From: Crocosphaera subtropica ATCC 51142 | GTDB taxonomy: Bacteria; Cyanobacteriota; Cyanobacteriia; Cyanobacteriales; Microcystaceae | Assembly (NCBI RefSeq): GCF_000017845.1 | Contig: NC_010546.1 | Coordinates: 3,660,001-3,692,000 of the forward strand | Direction: 5' to 3' | DNA length: 32,000 bases | Shown here: one piece after another, positions 1 to 9,321 of the stretch | How the letters are laid out: each line of letters starts with the position of its first letter | Numbering within the stretch: the first letter of the stretch is position 1 | Made by a program: the position numbers and the translations under genes | The notes under the pieces: model-generated | Databases searched by the model: none | The model's input: the letters and a program-made list of their open reading frames with translations, nothing else | Told to the model about the DNA's origin: nothing

Positions 1-532
1 AACCTCTTCTGCGCCAACGAGAGAGAAATCTGACACTCAGGAAATAGGTTAAGATTGAAGCGATCAAACCGACCACTAAACAGCCGAAAAATAAGGTCAC
101 CAAAAACACTAAACCTGATGCTTTTAATTCCGCCCAAGATTGCCAATTATCGGGAAACGTGACTTGTGTTTTTCCGATTCCAAACCCTAATAATAATTCC
201 CCAACTTTATAATTAAAGGCAAAAATCGGTACATAGGTCAAAGGGTTACTGATCCAAGTTCCGGCCGCTGCAGCTAATTTATGCCCACGAAATAAGACAG
301 CTAACAAGACACCCATGATAGTTTGTAATCCAAACAAGGGGAAACAGCCAGCCAACACCCCAAAGGCTAACCCCCGTGAAATGTAGCGAGGAGTCCCCCG
401 TAACCGCAAAAACCGCAAATAAAAGTAACGCCACGATCGCTTGATTTTAGAACGACGACGTTTCGACTGACGACGATGTTGAGGTTTTTTGTCCTGAAAA
501 ATGACGGGAAGGGGAGACGGATCAAGAGACAT
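1..532 (-). CDS. DUF2062-family membrane protein (C-terminus runs off the window start)
   Basis: My translation of the minus strand from the ATG at 532 gives MSLDPSPLPVIFQDKKPQHRRQSKRRRSKIKRSWRYFYLRFLRLRGTPRYISRGLAFGVLAGCFPLFGLQTIMGVLLAVLFRGHKLAAAAGTWISNPLTYVPIFAFNYKVGELLLG... and stays open to position 1. It has a basic N-terminus followed by hydrophobic helices, as I recall for DUF2062. It is absent from the ORF track because there is no stop in the window. Confidence 0.6.
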   Translation of the reverse strand, partial: MSLDPSPLPVIFQDKKPQHRRQSKRRRSKIKRSWRYFYLRFLRLRGTPRYISRGLAFGVLAGCFPLFGLQTIMGVLLAVLFRGHKLAAAAGTWISNPLTYVPIFAFNYKVGELLLGFGIGKTQVTFPDNWQSWAELKASGLVFLVTLFFGCLVVGLIASILTYFLSVRFLSRWRRRG

Positions 533-602
533 TTTATCAAAAGTCAGGGGGGTTACTCTTTTTCTATGCTATCAATCCTTTTTAACATGAATACTAGATT
601 TT

Positions 603-1499
603 TTATTTAGAAACAACCGAATCAATGCCAGCCTGATCTAAAATTTCAGGAATTAAGTCTTCTCGTTTAACGGCCATCATATGTACTCCTTGGCAGAGTT
701 GTTGAGCGAGTTTAACTTGTTCGGCCGCAATTTTTATTCCTTCTTTTAATGGTTCTTCGGCTTCGGCTAACCGCTTAATAATCGTCTCAGGAATTTCTAC
801 TCCAGGGACATTTTTGTTAATAAATTGAGCATTTTTAGCCGACTTCAAGAGAAAAATTCCGGCTAATATTGGTTTATCAGTATTGGAGGCAATTTGGTGC
901 ATAAATTTATCCAATTTATCAAAATCAGTAATTAATTGACTTTGAAAAAATTGCGCCCCAGCAGCCACTTTTCGCTCAAATCTTCGTTGTAACCCTGACC
1001 AACTGCCACATTGAGGATCAACAGCAGCCCCTGGAAACAAGTCTAAAGGTTCATCAGGAAGGGTTTGATCGTTAAAATCAATGCCTCGATTGAGTTTATC
1101 AATCATTTGCAGTAATCTCACGGATTCTAACTCAAATACGGCCCTTGCTTTTTTGTGATCCCCTGCTTTGACGGGATCACCTGTTAACGCTAAGATATTG
1201 CGTAATCCTAAAGCGTAAGCCCCCATTAAGTCTGCTTGTAAGGCGATAATATTGCGATCGCGACAAGTCATTTGACAAATAGGTTCAATGCCATACTGTA
1301 ATAATAAGGCAGAAGCAGCCATCGAGGACATTCGCAGTACAGCACGACTCCCATCAGTAATATTAACCCCATGAACTCTACCTTTGAGTTGTTGAGCCAT
1401 TTGTAACATTCTGGTCGGGTTTGCGCCTTTCGGGGGGGTTACTTCTGCGGTGATTAAAAATTCTTTCTTTTGAGCAGCTTGGCGAAAATGGTTAATCAT
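603..1499 (-). CDS. metF: 5,10-methylenetetrahydrofolate reductase
   Basis: 298-aa ORF. EVTPPKG...VNITDGSRAVLRMSSMAASALL...CRDRN...LALTGDP are typical MetF/MTHFR TIM-barrel motifs, and the length matches short cyanobacterial MetF. Confidence 0.9.
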   Translation of the reverse strand: MINHFRQAAQKKEFLITAEVTPPKGANPTRMLQMAQQLKGRVHGVNITDGSRAVLRMSSMAASALLLQYGIEPICQMTCRDRNIIALQADLMGAYALGLRNILALTGDPVKAGDHKKARAVFELESVRLLQMIDKLNRGIDFNDQTLPDEPLDLFPGAAVDPQCGSWSGLQRRFERKVAAGAQFFQSQLITDFDKLDKFMHQIASNTDKPILAGIFLLKSAKNAQFINKNVPGVEIPETIIKRLAEAEEPLKEGIKIAAEQVKLAQQLCQGVHMMAVKREDLIPEILDQAGIDSVVSK

Positions 1500-1583
1500 A
1501 GGAAGGGTATCGGAGTAATAGTTAATTGGAGTGATACTAAAAAGGTTTAAAGATCAACAAAGAGAGATATTTTAACAGCAATA

Positions 1584-2594
1584 TTAAAGAGGGGGTAAAT
1601 AACCTAACGCCTCTTTTACTCTACTTAGGGTTTGATTGGCAACGGTTTCGGCTTTTTCTTTTCCGTCTCGTAACACCGAGTCTAAATAATCCTTATTGTC
1701 CATAATAGCTTGATAGTTATCCTGAATCGGTTTGAGAGCTTCTATGGTTGTCTCAGTCAATAGGGGTTTAAATTGACCCCATCCCATGTCTTGGCATTCT
1801 GTAGCGACTTCTTCTTTGCTCTTTCCTGATAATAACGTATATAAACCCAGTAAATTGTTACATTCAGGCCGTTCTTTATTATCAAATTCTAATCCTTTTA
1901 TGGGATCAGTTTTGCACTTTTTAATCTTTTTTTTGATAAGATCAGGGGAGTCAAGTAAGTTAATGCGACTGAGATCAGAGGGGTCAGATTTTGACATTTT
2001 CCGAGTTCCATCGCTTAAACTCATGACCCTTGCTCCTTCACTACGAATTAAGGGTTCTGGTAATTTTAAAATTGGGTTTTTTTTGCTTCCAAATTGATCG
2101 TTAACACGGATGGCAATGTCTCTGGTTAATTCTAAATGTTGCTTTTGATCTTCACCAACAGGAACTTTATCGGCATTATATAATAAAATATCTGCGGCCA
2201 TTAAAACAGGATAATCTAACAAGCCAACGCTAACATTTTCTCCTTGTTTGACAGCTTTTTCTTTAAACTGAATCATCCTTTCTAACCAGTTTAAAGGGGT
2301 GATACAATTTAATAGCCAAGCTAATTCACTATGTGCAGTCACATGGGATTGAACAAAAATAGTAGCATGATCTAAATCAATGCCACAGGCTAAATAGAGG
2401 GCTGCTATGGTATAAGTATCCTGGGCTAACGTTTTGGGGTCATGAGGGACGGTTATGGCATGAAGATCCACCACACAAAAGAAGTTATCATAGTTTTCTT
2501 GCATATCTACCCAGGTACGGATCGCCCCTAAATAGTTCCCTAAGTGAAGGTTTCCGGTGGGTTGTACCCCTGATAAGACCCTTTGTTTACCCAT
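1584..2594 (-). CDS. trpS: tryptophan--tRNA ligase
   Basis: Class I aaRS signatures are present: SGVQPTGNLHLGNYLG (HIGH-type) and KMSKS. I place the start at the internal ATG at 2594 (MGKQRVLSGVQPTG, about 336 aa, the usual TrpS length). The 35-aa N-terminal extension to 2699 in the ORF track looks like read-through. Confidence 0.92.
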   Translation of the reverse strand: MGKQRVLSGVQPTGNLHLGNYLGAIRTWVDMQENYDNFFCVVDLHAITVPHDPKTLAQDTYTIAALYLACGIDLDHATIFVQSHVTAHSELAWLLNCITPLNWLERMIQFKEKAVKQGENVSVGLLDYPVLMAADILLYNADKVPVGEDQKQHLELTRDIAIRVNDQFGSKKNPILKLPEPLIRSEGARVMSLSDGTRKMSKSDPSDLSRINLLDSPDLIKKKIKKCKTDPIKGLEFDNKERPECNNLLGLYTLLSGKSKEEVATECQDMGWGQFKPLLTETTIEALKPIQDNYQAIMDNKDYLDSVLRDGKEKAETVANQTLSRVKEALGYLPPL

Positions 2595-2730
2595 TCTATT
2601 ACTATTGTATTTTTTGTTTACTGTTATTATTTCTTTACGATTATCCCTGATTATGGAACTTCTGTAAAAACATTCATCAGATAGCTTCAGTAGAGGCATA
2701 ATATATTATGCGCCTATAGCAATACCCTCT

Positions 2731-4026
2731 ATGTCGAGAAATATGAATCAAGACTTAAATTATTATCATCTTATTCATCAAGAAATTGCTTCTTTGGTCT
2801 TATATCAATCTATTTTTGATGACGAAGTTGGACAGGCTTTTTTAGAGGTTTTTGACTTAATTTCTGTGCGCAATAAAGAACTAATTGATATTAAGTGTCT
2901 TAAGGCTTATGGTCATTGGCTCAGAAATTTAGCTTTTCAAGGGATTAGTTGGCAAGATTATTTAATTAAAAAAATTCTCATGGATGATAATCCTTTTAGT
3001 CAACAAGTTCAGCAAGTTTCATTAGAAGACTTACCCAAACCTTTAATTGAAGCAACTGAACATGATTTAAGCATTTTAAAGAGCTTATATAAGCTTCCTT
3101 TAGAAGCCATTAGTCAATGGGTTAAAGAAGCAGCTAATCTTCCTTTTTCTCCTTTTGTTGGACAATGTGAAAATAAAAATAATACGTTTCTTCATCAACA
3201 AGATAATTGGGAAAATTGTTTAGATCCATTAGCGCAACATTATCGTCAACATGGGACAGGAATTTTTGCTCAATACAAAGCTTTAAAATGGTACAATAAT
3301 CAGCTAATTGGTATTACTGAAGCTGATCCAATTACTTTAACTGAAATTGTTGGTTATGAGTCTCAAAAAGAAACCTTGATTAAGAATACAGAAATTTTAT
3401 TATCGGGTTATAATGCTCTGAATGTTTTATTATATGGGAGTCGTGGATCGGGTAAATCTTCTTTAGTTAAAGGGTTATTAAATGAATATTATAGTCAAGG
3501 TTTAAGATTAGTTGAAGTGAATAAATCTCAGTTATCTGATTTACCTATGATTGTCGATCAATTAAGATATATTCCTCAAAAGTTTATTATTTTTGTGGAT
3601 GACTTATCCTTTGAAGAAGATAATGACGCTTTTAAATCTCTCAAAGTTGTTTTAGAAGGTAATGTAACCGCAAAAGCCAAAAATGTGGTAGTTTATGCCA
3701 CTTCTAATAGACGGCATTTAATTAGGGAATATTTCGACGATCGCCCCCGTCCAAAAGATGCCGATGAAATCCACCATTGGGACACCGTACAAGAAAAATT
3801 GTCCTTTAGCGATCGCTTTGGGTTAACCCTTACGTTTGAACCAGCCAATCAAGATACTTATCTTAATATTGTGCATCATTTAGCCTCACAAATTGAGTTA
3901 AAAATGGATAAAAACGAATTAGGGTTTAGAGCAAAACAATGGGCGACTCAACATAATGGGCGATCGGGCAGAACGGCAAGACAATTTATTGATTTTTTAG
4001 AAGGAGAATTAAAGTTAAATAAATGA
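2731..4026 (+). CDS. AAA-type ATP-binding protein, DUF815 family, with a cyanobacterial N-terminal extension
   Basis: Walker A is LLYGSRGSGKSSLVKG and Walker B-like is FIIFVDDLSFEE. ATSNRRHLI and the C-terminal RSGRTARQF resemble DUF815 proteins as I recall them. Confidence 0.72.
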   Translation: MSRNMNQDLNYYHLIHQEIASLVLYQSIFDDEVGQAFLEVFDLISVRNKELIDIKCLKAYGHWLRNLAFQGISWQDYLIKKILMDDNPFSQQVQQVSLEDLPKPLIEATEHDLSILKSLYKLPLEAISQWVKEAANLPFSPFVGQCENKNNTFLHQQDNWENCLDPLAQHYRQHGTGIFAQYKALKWYNNQLIGITEADPITLTEIVGYESQKETLIKNTEILLSGYNALNVLLYGSRGSGKSSLVKGLLNEYYSQGLRLVEVNKSQLSDLPMIVDQLRYIPQKFIIFVDDLSFEEDNDAFKSLKVVLEGNVTAKAKNVVVYATSNRRHLIREYFDDRPRPKDADEIHHWDTVQEKLSFSDRFGLTLTFEPANQDTYLNIVHHLASQIELKMDKNELGFRAKQWATQHNGRSGRTARQFIDFLEGELKLNK

Positions 4027-4072
4027 TCCTTTATTTTATTGTATTAAGTTTTTCTAAAACAAGCATCCGTAA

Positions 4073-6499
4073 TTACTGTTGAAAATTACGAATAAAAGAC
4101 TCTTGTCTCAAGTAAACAAATCTAGGAGTTAAAGGAGGTAAGTTATCTGCACTATTAAAATCGAGGTCATAGTCCCAATTACGATTAGGCGCACCGTATT
4201 CCTGATTTGACCATCTTCCGCGAACATGAAGAGGAGTGCCTAAACTAACAAAAGAACCACGATAGGTCAAAGTTTGCCCGGCCCAGTTCTCTGAAAATCG
4301 GGGATAGTTTTCCAAACCTCCATTATATCCAGAAGTTAAGCTGGAGTTAGTAATATCAGTTCCCCCCAAAAAGGCAGTATTAATAGTAGTTTCTACTCCA
4401 TTTTGTTTGCTCCCATCAATATCACAGTTTCTGTCGGAGTTTTTATTAATCGCTTGGTTTGCATTTAAACAAGCATTGGACAAAACATTGATAGAATCCC
4501 CTAAAATAGCAGCTGGTTGTTTATTGATGCTGTTGTAATCTCCTTGTACATAAATAGCTTGATCGCTGGCAAAAGTTAAACCGAGAGGATCATTAATCGA
4601 ATCACTTTCGGCTAAGCTCATCAATTGCTTGCCTTGGGTAATGGCAAAACCGTAAGGACTGGTATTTCCAGCAGCATTAGGATAGTTACTACTATTAATG
4701 GTTCCATAAACAACTAAACCGCCATCACTCGAATCACTTGCAGCTAACCCTAAATTTTGAAAGGAACCTTCAGGAGCATCGCTGTCAGGACTTGCTGTAC
4801 TAAACAGTCTGTGTTCTGCTGAAAATCCTTCATTACTATTATTATTTGTCATTGTTCCGCTACTAAATCGAACATAGCGGCCGACTTTATTCCAAATGGC
4901 TAAACTTTGAAAATTGATTTGCAGCAGACGCATATCCCGACCCTCACGATCATTATAAAAACGGTGAAGAGATTGATGAGAAGAACTATTTCGTCCAATA
5001 TCTTGCACAACCGCACTCACAAAACAACGACTATCTAAAGCTGCAATTTCATTGGGTGTTGAATCAGTGATATCGGTTGGCAAAGAAGACAAAGATAAAG
5101 AAAATTTTGAGTTGATTAAACTCAGTAAGGATGTCCTCACGCCAGAAAAAGCAGAATGGTTAAGTGGTGTAGACAGTGATGAATAGGGAATGGGAATGGC
5201 TTGAGAAACAATGGCAAGATATAAAAGTTCTGGCAGTTGTTGCTTTTGAGCCAATGTCAGACCAGGAATTATCGGTACTGAAGTTTCAGGGGTGCAAACT
5301 TTAAAATCGGCATCGCTAATGTCAGCTAACTCTCGACTGACCAATAGAGGTTGGCGTAAACTTCGTAACTCTCCTTCTGTTAGGGAAACTGTGTTGCCAG
5401 ACGTTTGATTGATGGCCGTGACTTCAAAGGGAACCGTTGTTAAATTGGGGGAAGAATTAGAAGTGGCAACGGGTTTATAATTGAAACGCAAATCCGCTTT
5501 CGTATAGTATTCTCCAGTCCTATCAAGAAAACTCGGAGGCGGTAAAGAAATGGACTCCAAACCGAGTTGAACTTGAGTTCCCCAGGCTGTTCCCACCCGA
5601 ATAGGGTCCATAGCGTTTCGGGTTTGGCTAGTGCTTCCTGTCCCATTGAACAACAAATTCAAAAAGTTTGTCCCGGCCGCGTTAATAATTCTGACTCTTC
5701 CATCAGGATAAGTAGAATTATCATTCTTGCGTCTATTATAGAGATCCCCAGAAAGGGTGACTTGACCATCAATATTGAGTCCATTATTGTTATTGGCACC
5801 GAGGTAAAGATCCCCATTCGTATGAACTGGCCCACTTAAATTCATAGTTGGACCCGGAAGAATCTCCAAATCATTGGCGTAAAAAGCAGCAAACTGAAAC
5901 ATCGGCACCAGACGGCTTTTTATGTCCAGTTGTAGAATGGCTGTTACCTCAGAAGGAGGCGCATTTTTATGTTTAGCAATGGAGTAGATGGAATAAGTAT
6001 ATTCGAGCATATTTAGATTTTGATAGGCTTCTCCTCTAGGAACAACTCCAGTTGTTGGCCGTCCACCATTTCGCTCAACTGCATAAGTGGCGGCAAGATG
6101 ACCTTCTTTATTTTCTGAAGCCGGAACAAACTCATACTGTTGACACTGATAATCTCCGCTGCCATTATTAGTAGCATCAGAGTCTAGACAAGCAGCTACA
6201 GAGGATGGACTTGATCCTGAAGGTCGATTAAAGTCAACGAAAGTCCGCCTAATTTCCTCGGCTCTGCGATTCAGTCCGGCTTCAGCCCCATAGAATCCAC
6301 TGTTGATGTCTGATGCCCCTTTGGTGGTGGTGCGCTCAACTTTAATCACAACCGCATAGGCTACTAATAGAGAATGAAGTGCTAAACCTAAACCAAGCAC
6401 TAAAACAAACAAATATCCTTTATTTTTATTTAAAGACTGTTGAGATAAGCTCTTAAACAAAAAAATCAACTTTTTATTGGTTTGAGGTTGTTTTTCCAT
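4073..6499 (-). CDS. large PilX_N-domain pilus-associated protein (808 aa), last gene of the minor-pilin operon
   Basis: The N-terminus NKGYLFVLVLGLGLALHSLLVAYAVV...GFYGAEAGLNRR matches the PilX N-terminal pattern (hydrophobic helix without Glu+5, then an AEAGL motif). The remainder is Asn/Ser/Thr/Gly-rich with no TM segment. The start lies 12 nt after the stop of the upstream pilin gene. Confidence 0.6.
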   Translation of the reverse strand: MEKQPQTNKKLIFLFKSLSQQSLNKNKGYLFVLVLGLGLALHSLLVAYAVVIKVERTTTKGASDINSGFYGAEAGLNRRAEEIRRTFVDFNRPSGSSPSSVAACLDSDATNNGSGDYQCQQYEFVPASENKEGHLAATYAVERNGGRPTTGVVPRGEAYQNLNMLEYTYSIYSIAKHKNAPPSEVTAILQLDIKSRLVPMFQFAAFYANDLEILPGPTMNLSGPVHTNGDLYLGANNNNGLNIDGQVTLSGDLYNRRKNDNSTYPDGRVRIINAAGTNFLNLLFNGTGSTSQTRNAMDPIRVGTAWGTQVQLGLESISLPPPSFLDRTGEYYTKADLRFNYKPVATSNSSPNLTTVPFEVTAINQTSGNTVSLTEGELRSLRQPLLVSRELADISDADFKVCTPETSVPIIPGLTLAQKQQLPELLYLAIVSQAIPIPYSSLSTPLNHSAFSGVRTSLLSLINSKFSLSLSSLPTDITDSTPNEIAALDSRCFVSAVVQDIGRNSSSHQSLHRFYNDREGRDMRLLQINFQSLAIWNKVGRYVRFSSGTMTNNNSNEGFSAEHRLFSTASPDSDAPEGSFQNLGLAASDSSDGGLVVYGTINSSNYPNAAGNTSPYGFAITQGKQLMSLAESDSINDPLGLTFASDQAIYVQGDYNSINKQPAAILGDSINVLSNACLNANQAINKNSDRNCDIDGSKQNGVETTINTAFLGGTDITNSSLTSGYNGGLENYPRFSENWAGQTLTYRGSFVSLGTPLHVRGRWSNQEYGAPNRNWDYDLDFNSADNLPPLTPRFVYLRQESFIRNFQQ

Positions 6500-6511
6500 G
6501 ATCGAAATCCT

Positions 6512-7609
6512 TTAGTAATTCAAAATATTTCGCGGGAAGACTTTTTGAGATTGTTCTGTTTCGACAGAAGATGAAGAAGTGTCAGAAATGGAAACTTTGG
6601 GCTTAATTTCAATAAATCTAATTTGCGACCAAACATAAGGATTGGGCAGGTTTGCATCGCAAGAGGTGGAGTCTTCAGGAGGAATAACGGTACAAGTATA
6701 TCTTTGTGAAGAATCTGCGGATAAATCTTGTTGAATATGGGCAATAACCTTAAAACTCTCTAAATTACCTACAATACTAGAGGTTTGGCTCTCCTCATCA
6801 TCGATAATTAACTCCAGATTATTGTTTCGTAATCGATAACGACGTTCCTCGATCAGATAAATTCGACTCGAACCATTAGCTTCGTAAGTATTTTCCCAAG
6901 TATGACTATCGGTAGTGATAGAGGCTGATGCGACAACGTCTGGAGAGGGAGTAACACTAGAACCGTCTGTGGCAAATGTCCCTTCCCCAGTGTATTCAAA
7001 GAATTCTCCATTTCCCGTTCCATCGTAAATAAAAGCACGAATGGTTGCCCCATTGGAGATACGATAATCTCTCCAACTATCCAAATTATCAGGCCAACCA
7101 TTATTATCCTCGTCAATCACATCACAACCAGCGACAGAACCCGTTGCATCCACGACGACGACTGCATCAGACGTTCCTGAGACAACCTGACGACACACCG
7201 GAAGACTACCCGTTAATAAACTGCGCCGAATACCAATTTCTGAGTTGCCTGAGTTTTCACTAATAACAAGACTAGGAAAATTTGGATCTTCAGCAAAGCC
7301 TTCCCCTGCTTGTCGAATATCCGAGCCAACCACTTCAAAAACATTACGAAGGGTTTGATTAACGTCGTTACTTTGTTGATCTTGAAGATACATTTGTCGA
7401 CACCAGGAAAAACCCATAAAACCCAGGTTGATAATAACCGAGGCAATCAAGGTTCCCGTTAGCAGTTCTCCAAGGGTTATTCCTTTATGACACAAGAATC
7501 TCTGTTTAAATAAATAGATTCCTACATAAAAAGTTTGGGTTGGGATTTTTCTGCTCGATTTATCTAAGTCGAGTAAATGCGGTTTGGACTGTATATATTT
7601 CTTTTCCAT
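6512..7609 (-). CDS. PilW-like minor pilin (prepilin-type N-terminal cleavage/methylation motif)
   Basis: The motif HKG|ITLGELLTGTLIASVIINLG has Gly-1 and Glu+5 followed by a hydrophobic helix. The ATG at 7609 gives a 43-aa leader and overlaps the upstream gene by 50 nt. An in-frame TTG at 7495 would give a 5-aa leader (MCHKG), so the start is uncertain. Confidence 0.6.
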   Translation of the reverse strand: MEKKYIQSKPHLLDLDKSSRKIPTQTFYVGIYLFKQRFLCHKGITLGELLTGTLIASVIINLGFMGFSWCRQMYLQDQQSNDVNQTLRNVFEVVGSDIRQAGEGFAEDPNFPSLVISENSGNSEIGIRRSLLTGSLPVCRQVVSGTSDAVVVVDATGSVAGCDVIDEDNNGWPDNLDSWRDYRISNGATIRAFIYDGTGNGEFFEYTGEGTFATDGSSVTPSPDVVASASITTDSHTWENTYEANGSSRIYLIEERRYRLRNNNLELIIDDEESQTSSIVGNLESFKVIAHIQQDLSADSSQRYTCTVIPPEDSTSCDANLPNPYVWSQIRFIEIKPKVSISDTSSSSVETEQSQKVFPRNILNY

Positions 7610-8006
7610 TTTTTTTTATTCTCAAAAGAACGTGACGTAAGTTATTTTCCGTATCAACTGTCGTTTCACAAGTTACGGATTCATCTTCATTGATGATGGG
7701 TTCTTCTGTACAGACATATTGTTTTAAATCATAAGAATAACCTAAATTTTCTTGTTGAGTTGTTGATTCTCCTAAAGGAATATTGAGAATTCTTTGTCGC
7801 CTTAAATCATCTAAATGTTCTTTTGATAAAGCTATGGCTCCTGTTACAATTTTTTGATTAATAGTTTGCTCTTTTTGGGAAAAAAATACTGGAATCATTG
7901 CAGATAAAGTCGTCGTCACTATGATTAAGGAAATCATATTTTCAAGTAAACCAGCCCCTAAGTCTTGATTTTTTTTAGGGAGAACCAGTTTTAAAAAGCT
8001 CACCAT
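7560..8006 (-). CDS. PilV-like minor pilin (prepilin-type N-terminal motif)
   Basis: The motif DLG|AGLLENMISLIIVTTTLSAMIPV has Gly-1 and Glu+5 plus a hydrophobic helix. It is 148 aa and sits within the pilin operon. Confidence 0.6.
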   Translation of the reverse strand: MVSFLKLVLPKKNQDLGAGLLENMISLIIVTTTLSAMIPVFFSQKEQTINQKIVTGAIALSKEHLDDLRRQRILNIPLGESTTQQENLGYSYDLKQYVCTEEPIINEDESVTCETTVDTENNLRHVLLRIKKNGKEIYTVQTAFTRLR

Positions 8007-8059
8007 AAACCACCTGTTATATCTAAATTGATTAACTCTTTATTCGTTTTAAGTTTGAT

Positions 8060-8803
8060 TTAATCCAGATATTCCACTTCAACAGCACCTCCTCTAAAAA
8101 TAGTGATTTTACTTTGAATTTGATTAAAACTATTAGTTAAGGTCAAAGTTAAATTACTATTTACTACTCCTGAAGCATCATAAAGGTTCGCATGGCCTCG
8201 ACTATCAAAACATAAAGTCCAATCTGTCGGATCACCGCTTATGGTGATTTCTTCTGGCAAAATTAGCTCTTCTTCTGTGAAATTTATATCGTTCAACCAG
8301 TTATTAATTAGTTCAACCGTTGCATTTTCTTCTTGAGAAGTCCCCAATGCTTCTCCCAGGGTTATCGTCGAGGAATTGGTTGCTATAATTTCATTATTCT
8401 CCCTATCATTACCCACAACAATACTATCCCCGACCACTAACCCTTCTGTTGATGCTACCGTTAGCTCCTGATCTGTCGATGTTGCCTCAGTCGTTAATTC
8501 TGTTGAACTTTCGCAACCTCTTGTTTTGGCGATCTGAACTTGAAGTTTATTCGTAGGAGCGAGAGGATCAGGTTTAATTCGATAAGCTGATGTAGTGGAC
8601 ATAGCACGCAGCCGTATCAAATTTAATACCCCAACAGTTTGATTTGTCCCATTGGCTAGAGGATTTTCAACCCAACTTTTGACTGGACCAGCAATAATTG
8701 CAAGTATCCCAATAATGGATACTGTCGCTAAGATTTCTAGTAAGGTGTACCCTCTATCTTCTTTTTTTCTTAATTGTAATAATTGAGACGTTTGTTTTTT
8801 CAT
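8060..8803 (-). CDS. prepilin-type N-terminal cleavage/methylation domain protein (first minor pilin of the operon)
   Basis: MKKQTSQLLQLRKKEDRG|YTLLEILATVSIIGILAIIAGP is a canonical type IV pilin class III signal (Gly-1, Glu+5). Confidence 0.72.
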   Translation of the reverse strand: MKKQTSQLLQLRKKEDRGYTLLEILATVSIIGILAIIAGPVKSWVENPLANGTNQTVGVLNLIRLRAMSTTSAYRIKPDPLAPTNKLQVQIAKTRGCESSTELTTEATSTDQELTVASTEGLVVGDSIVVGNDRENNEIIATNSSTITLGEALGTSQEENATVELINNWLNDINFTEEELILPEEITISGDPTDWTLCFDSRGHANLYDASGVVNSNLTLTLTNSFNQIQSKITIFRGGAVEVEYLD

Positions 8804-8887
8804 TTATAATCTTTTTAAGGTAAAACAAATTACTTTAATAATTAGTATGTATATAAAACTATATTATTTGATTGATTATCCTTAGTA

Positions 8888-8903
8888 AGTGATCTAGATC
8901 ACT
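8888..8903. promoter_or_regulatory. candidate cAMP-receptor-protein (CRP/SYCRP1-type) site upstream of the pilin operon
   Basis: Perfect 16-bp palindrome AGTGATCTAGATCACT, i.e. GTGA-N6-TCAC, the CRP core. It lies 85 nt upstream of the ATG at 8803. A minus-strand TAATAT/TATAGT -10-like element at about 8858-8866 would place the site near -41.5. Confidence 0.45.
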
Positions 8904-9084
8904 CAAATTAATAACAAACAAATTGTGTTTTATAAATGTTTAAATTCAGCAAATTTTAATAGGTATTTAGAATCTCTTTGATTCTGTGACTTGAGTTACA
9001 TTCTTTGTTTCCAAAGAAGCTTATTCTAGTGAATATCTAACCAATACTACATGAGTTATTAAAAATTTTAAAAGGAAAAACTTG

Positions 9085-9285
9085 ATGATGACTAATCTTT
9101 CTCCACCTCATTCTTCTTTTCTCAGTTATCTTGGACAAAAAAGTTTCATTAAAATTTTTCCTTCTTGTCTTATATTTACTTTGATTTTGTTCGGTTACTT
9201 TTCGATGGTCGGGGGAATAATGATAGGATTAGGAGGAACAATGGTGTATCACTCTTCACAACACCTAATCAAGAGAACTAATTAA
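9085..9285 (+). CDS. hypothetical small membrane protein
   Basis: 66-aa ORF with AAAGGA 8 nt upstream of the ATG and one clear hydrophobic stretch (CLIFTLILFGYFSMVGGIMIGLGG). I recognise no family, so it could be spurious. Confidence 0.25.
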   Translation: MMTNLSPPHSSFLSYLGQKSFIKIFPSCLIFTLILFGYFSMVGGIMIGLGGTMVYHSSQHLIKRTN

Positions 9286-9321
9286 TTTTAATTCAAGCAA
9301 GGCTTTTCATAGATTTCAAGG

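Noticed and set aside
1786-2097. 103-aa plus-strand ORF
   Set aside because: It is antisense to trpS, whose translation carries the HIGH and KMSKS motifs. It is a shadow ORF.
2595-2699. 35-aa N-terminal extension of TrpS in the ORF track
   Set aside because: The extension (MPLLKLSDECFYRSSIIRDNRKEIITVNKKYNSNR) has no counterpart in TrpS proteins as I know them. The internal ATG gives the canonical length with the HIGH motif at the usual distance.
5440-7446. Short ORFs overlapping the pilin genes (5440-5646-, 5567-5839+, 6520-6744-, 6853-7116-, 7045-7263+, 7213-7446-)
   Set aside because: They are embedded in the longer PilX_N and PilW-like ORFs, which carry recognisable N-terminal pilin motifs. 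None has a ribosome-binding site or a family resemblance.
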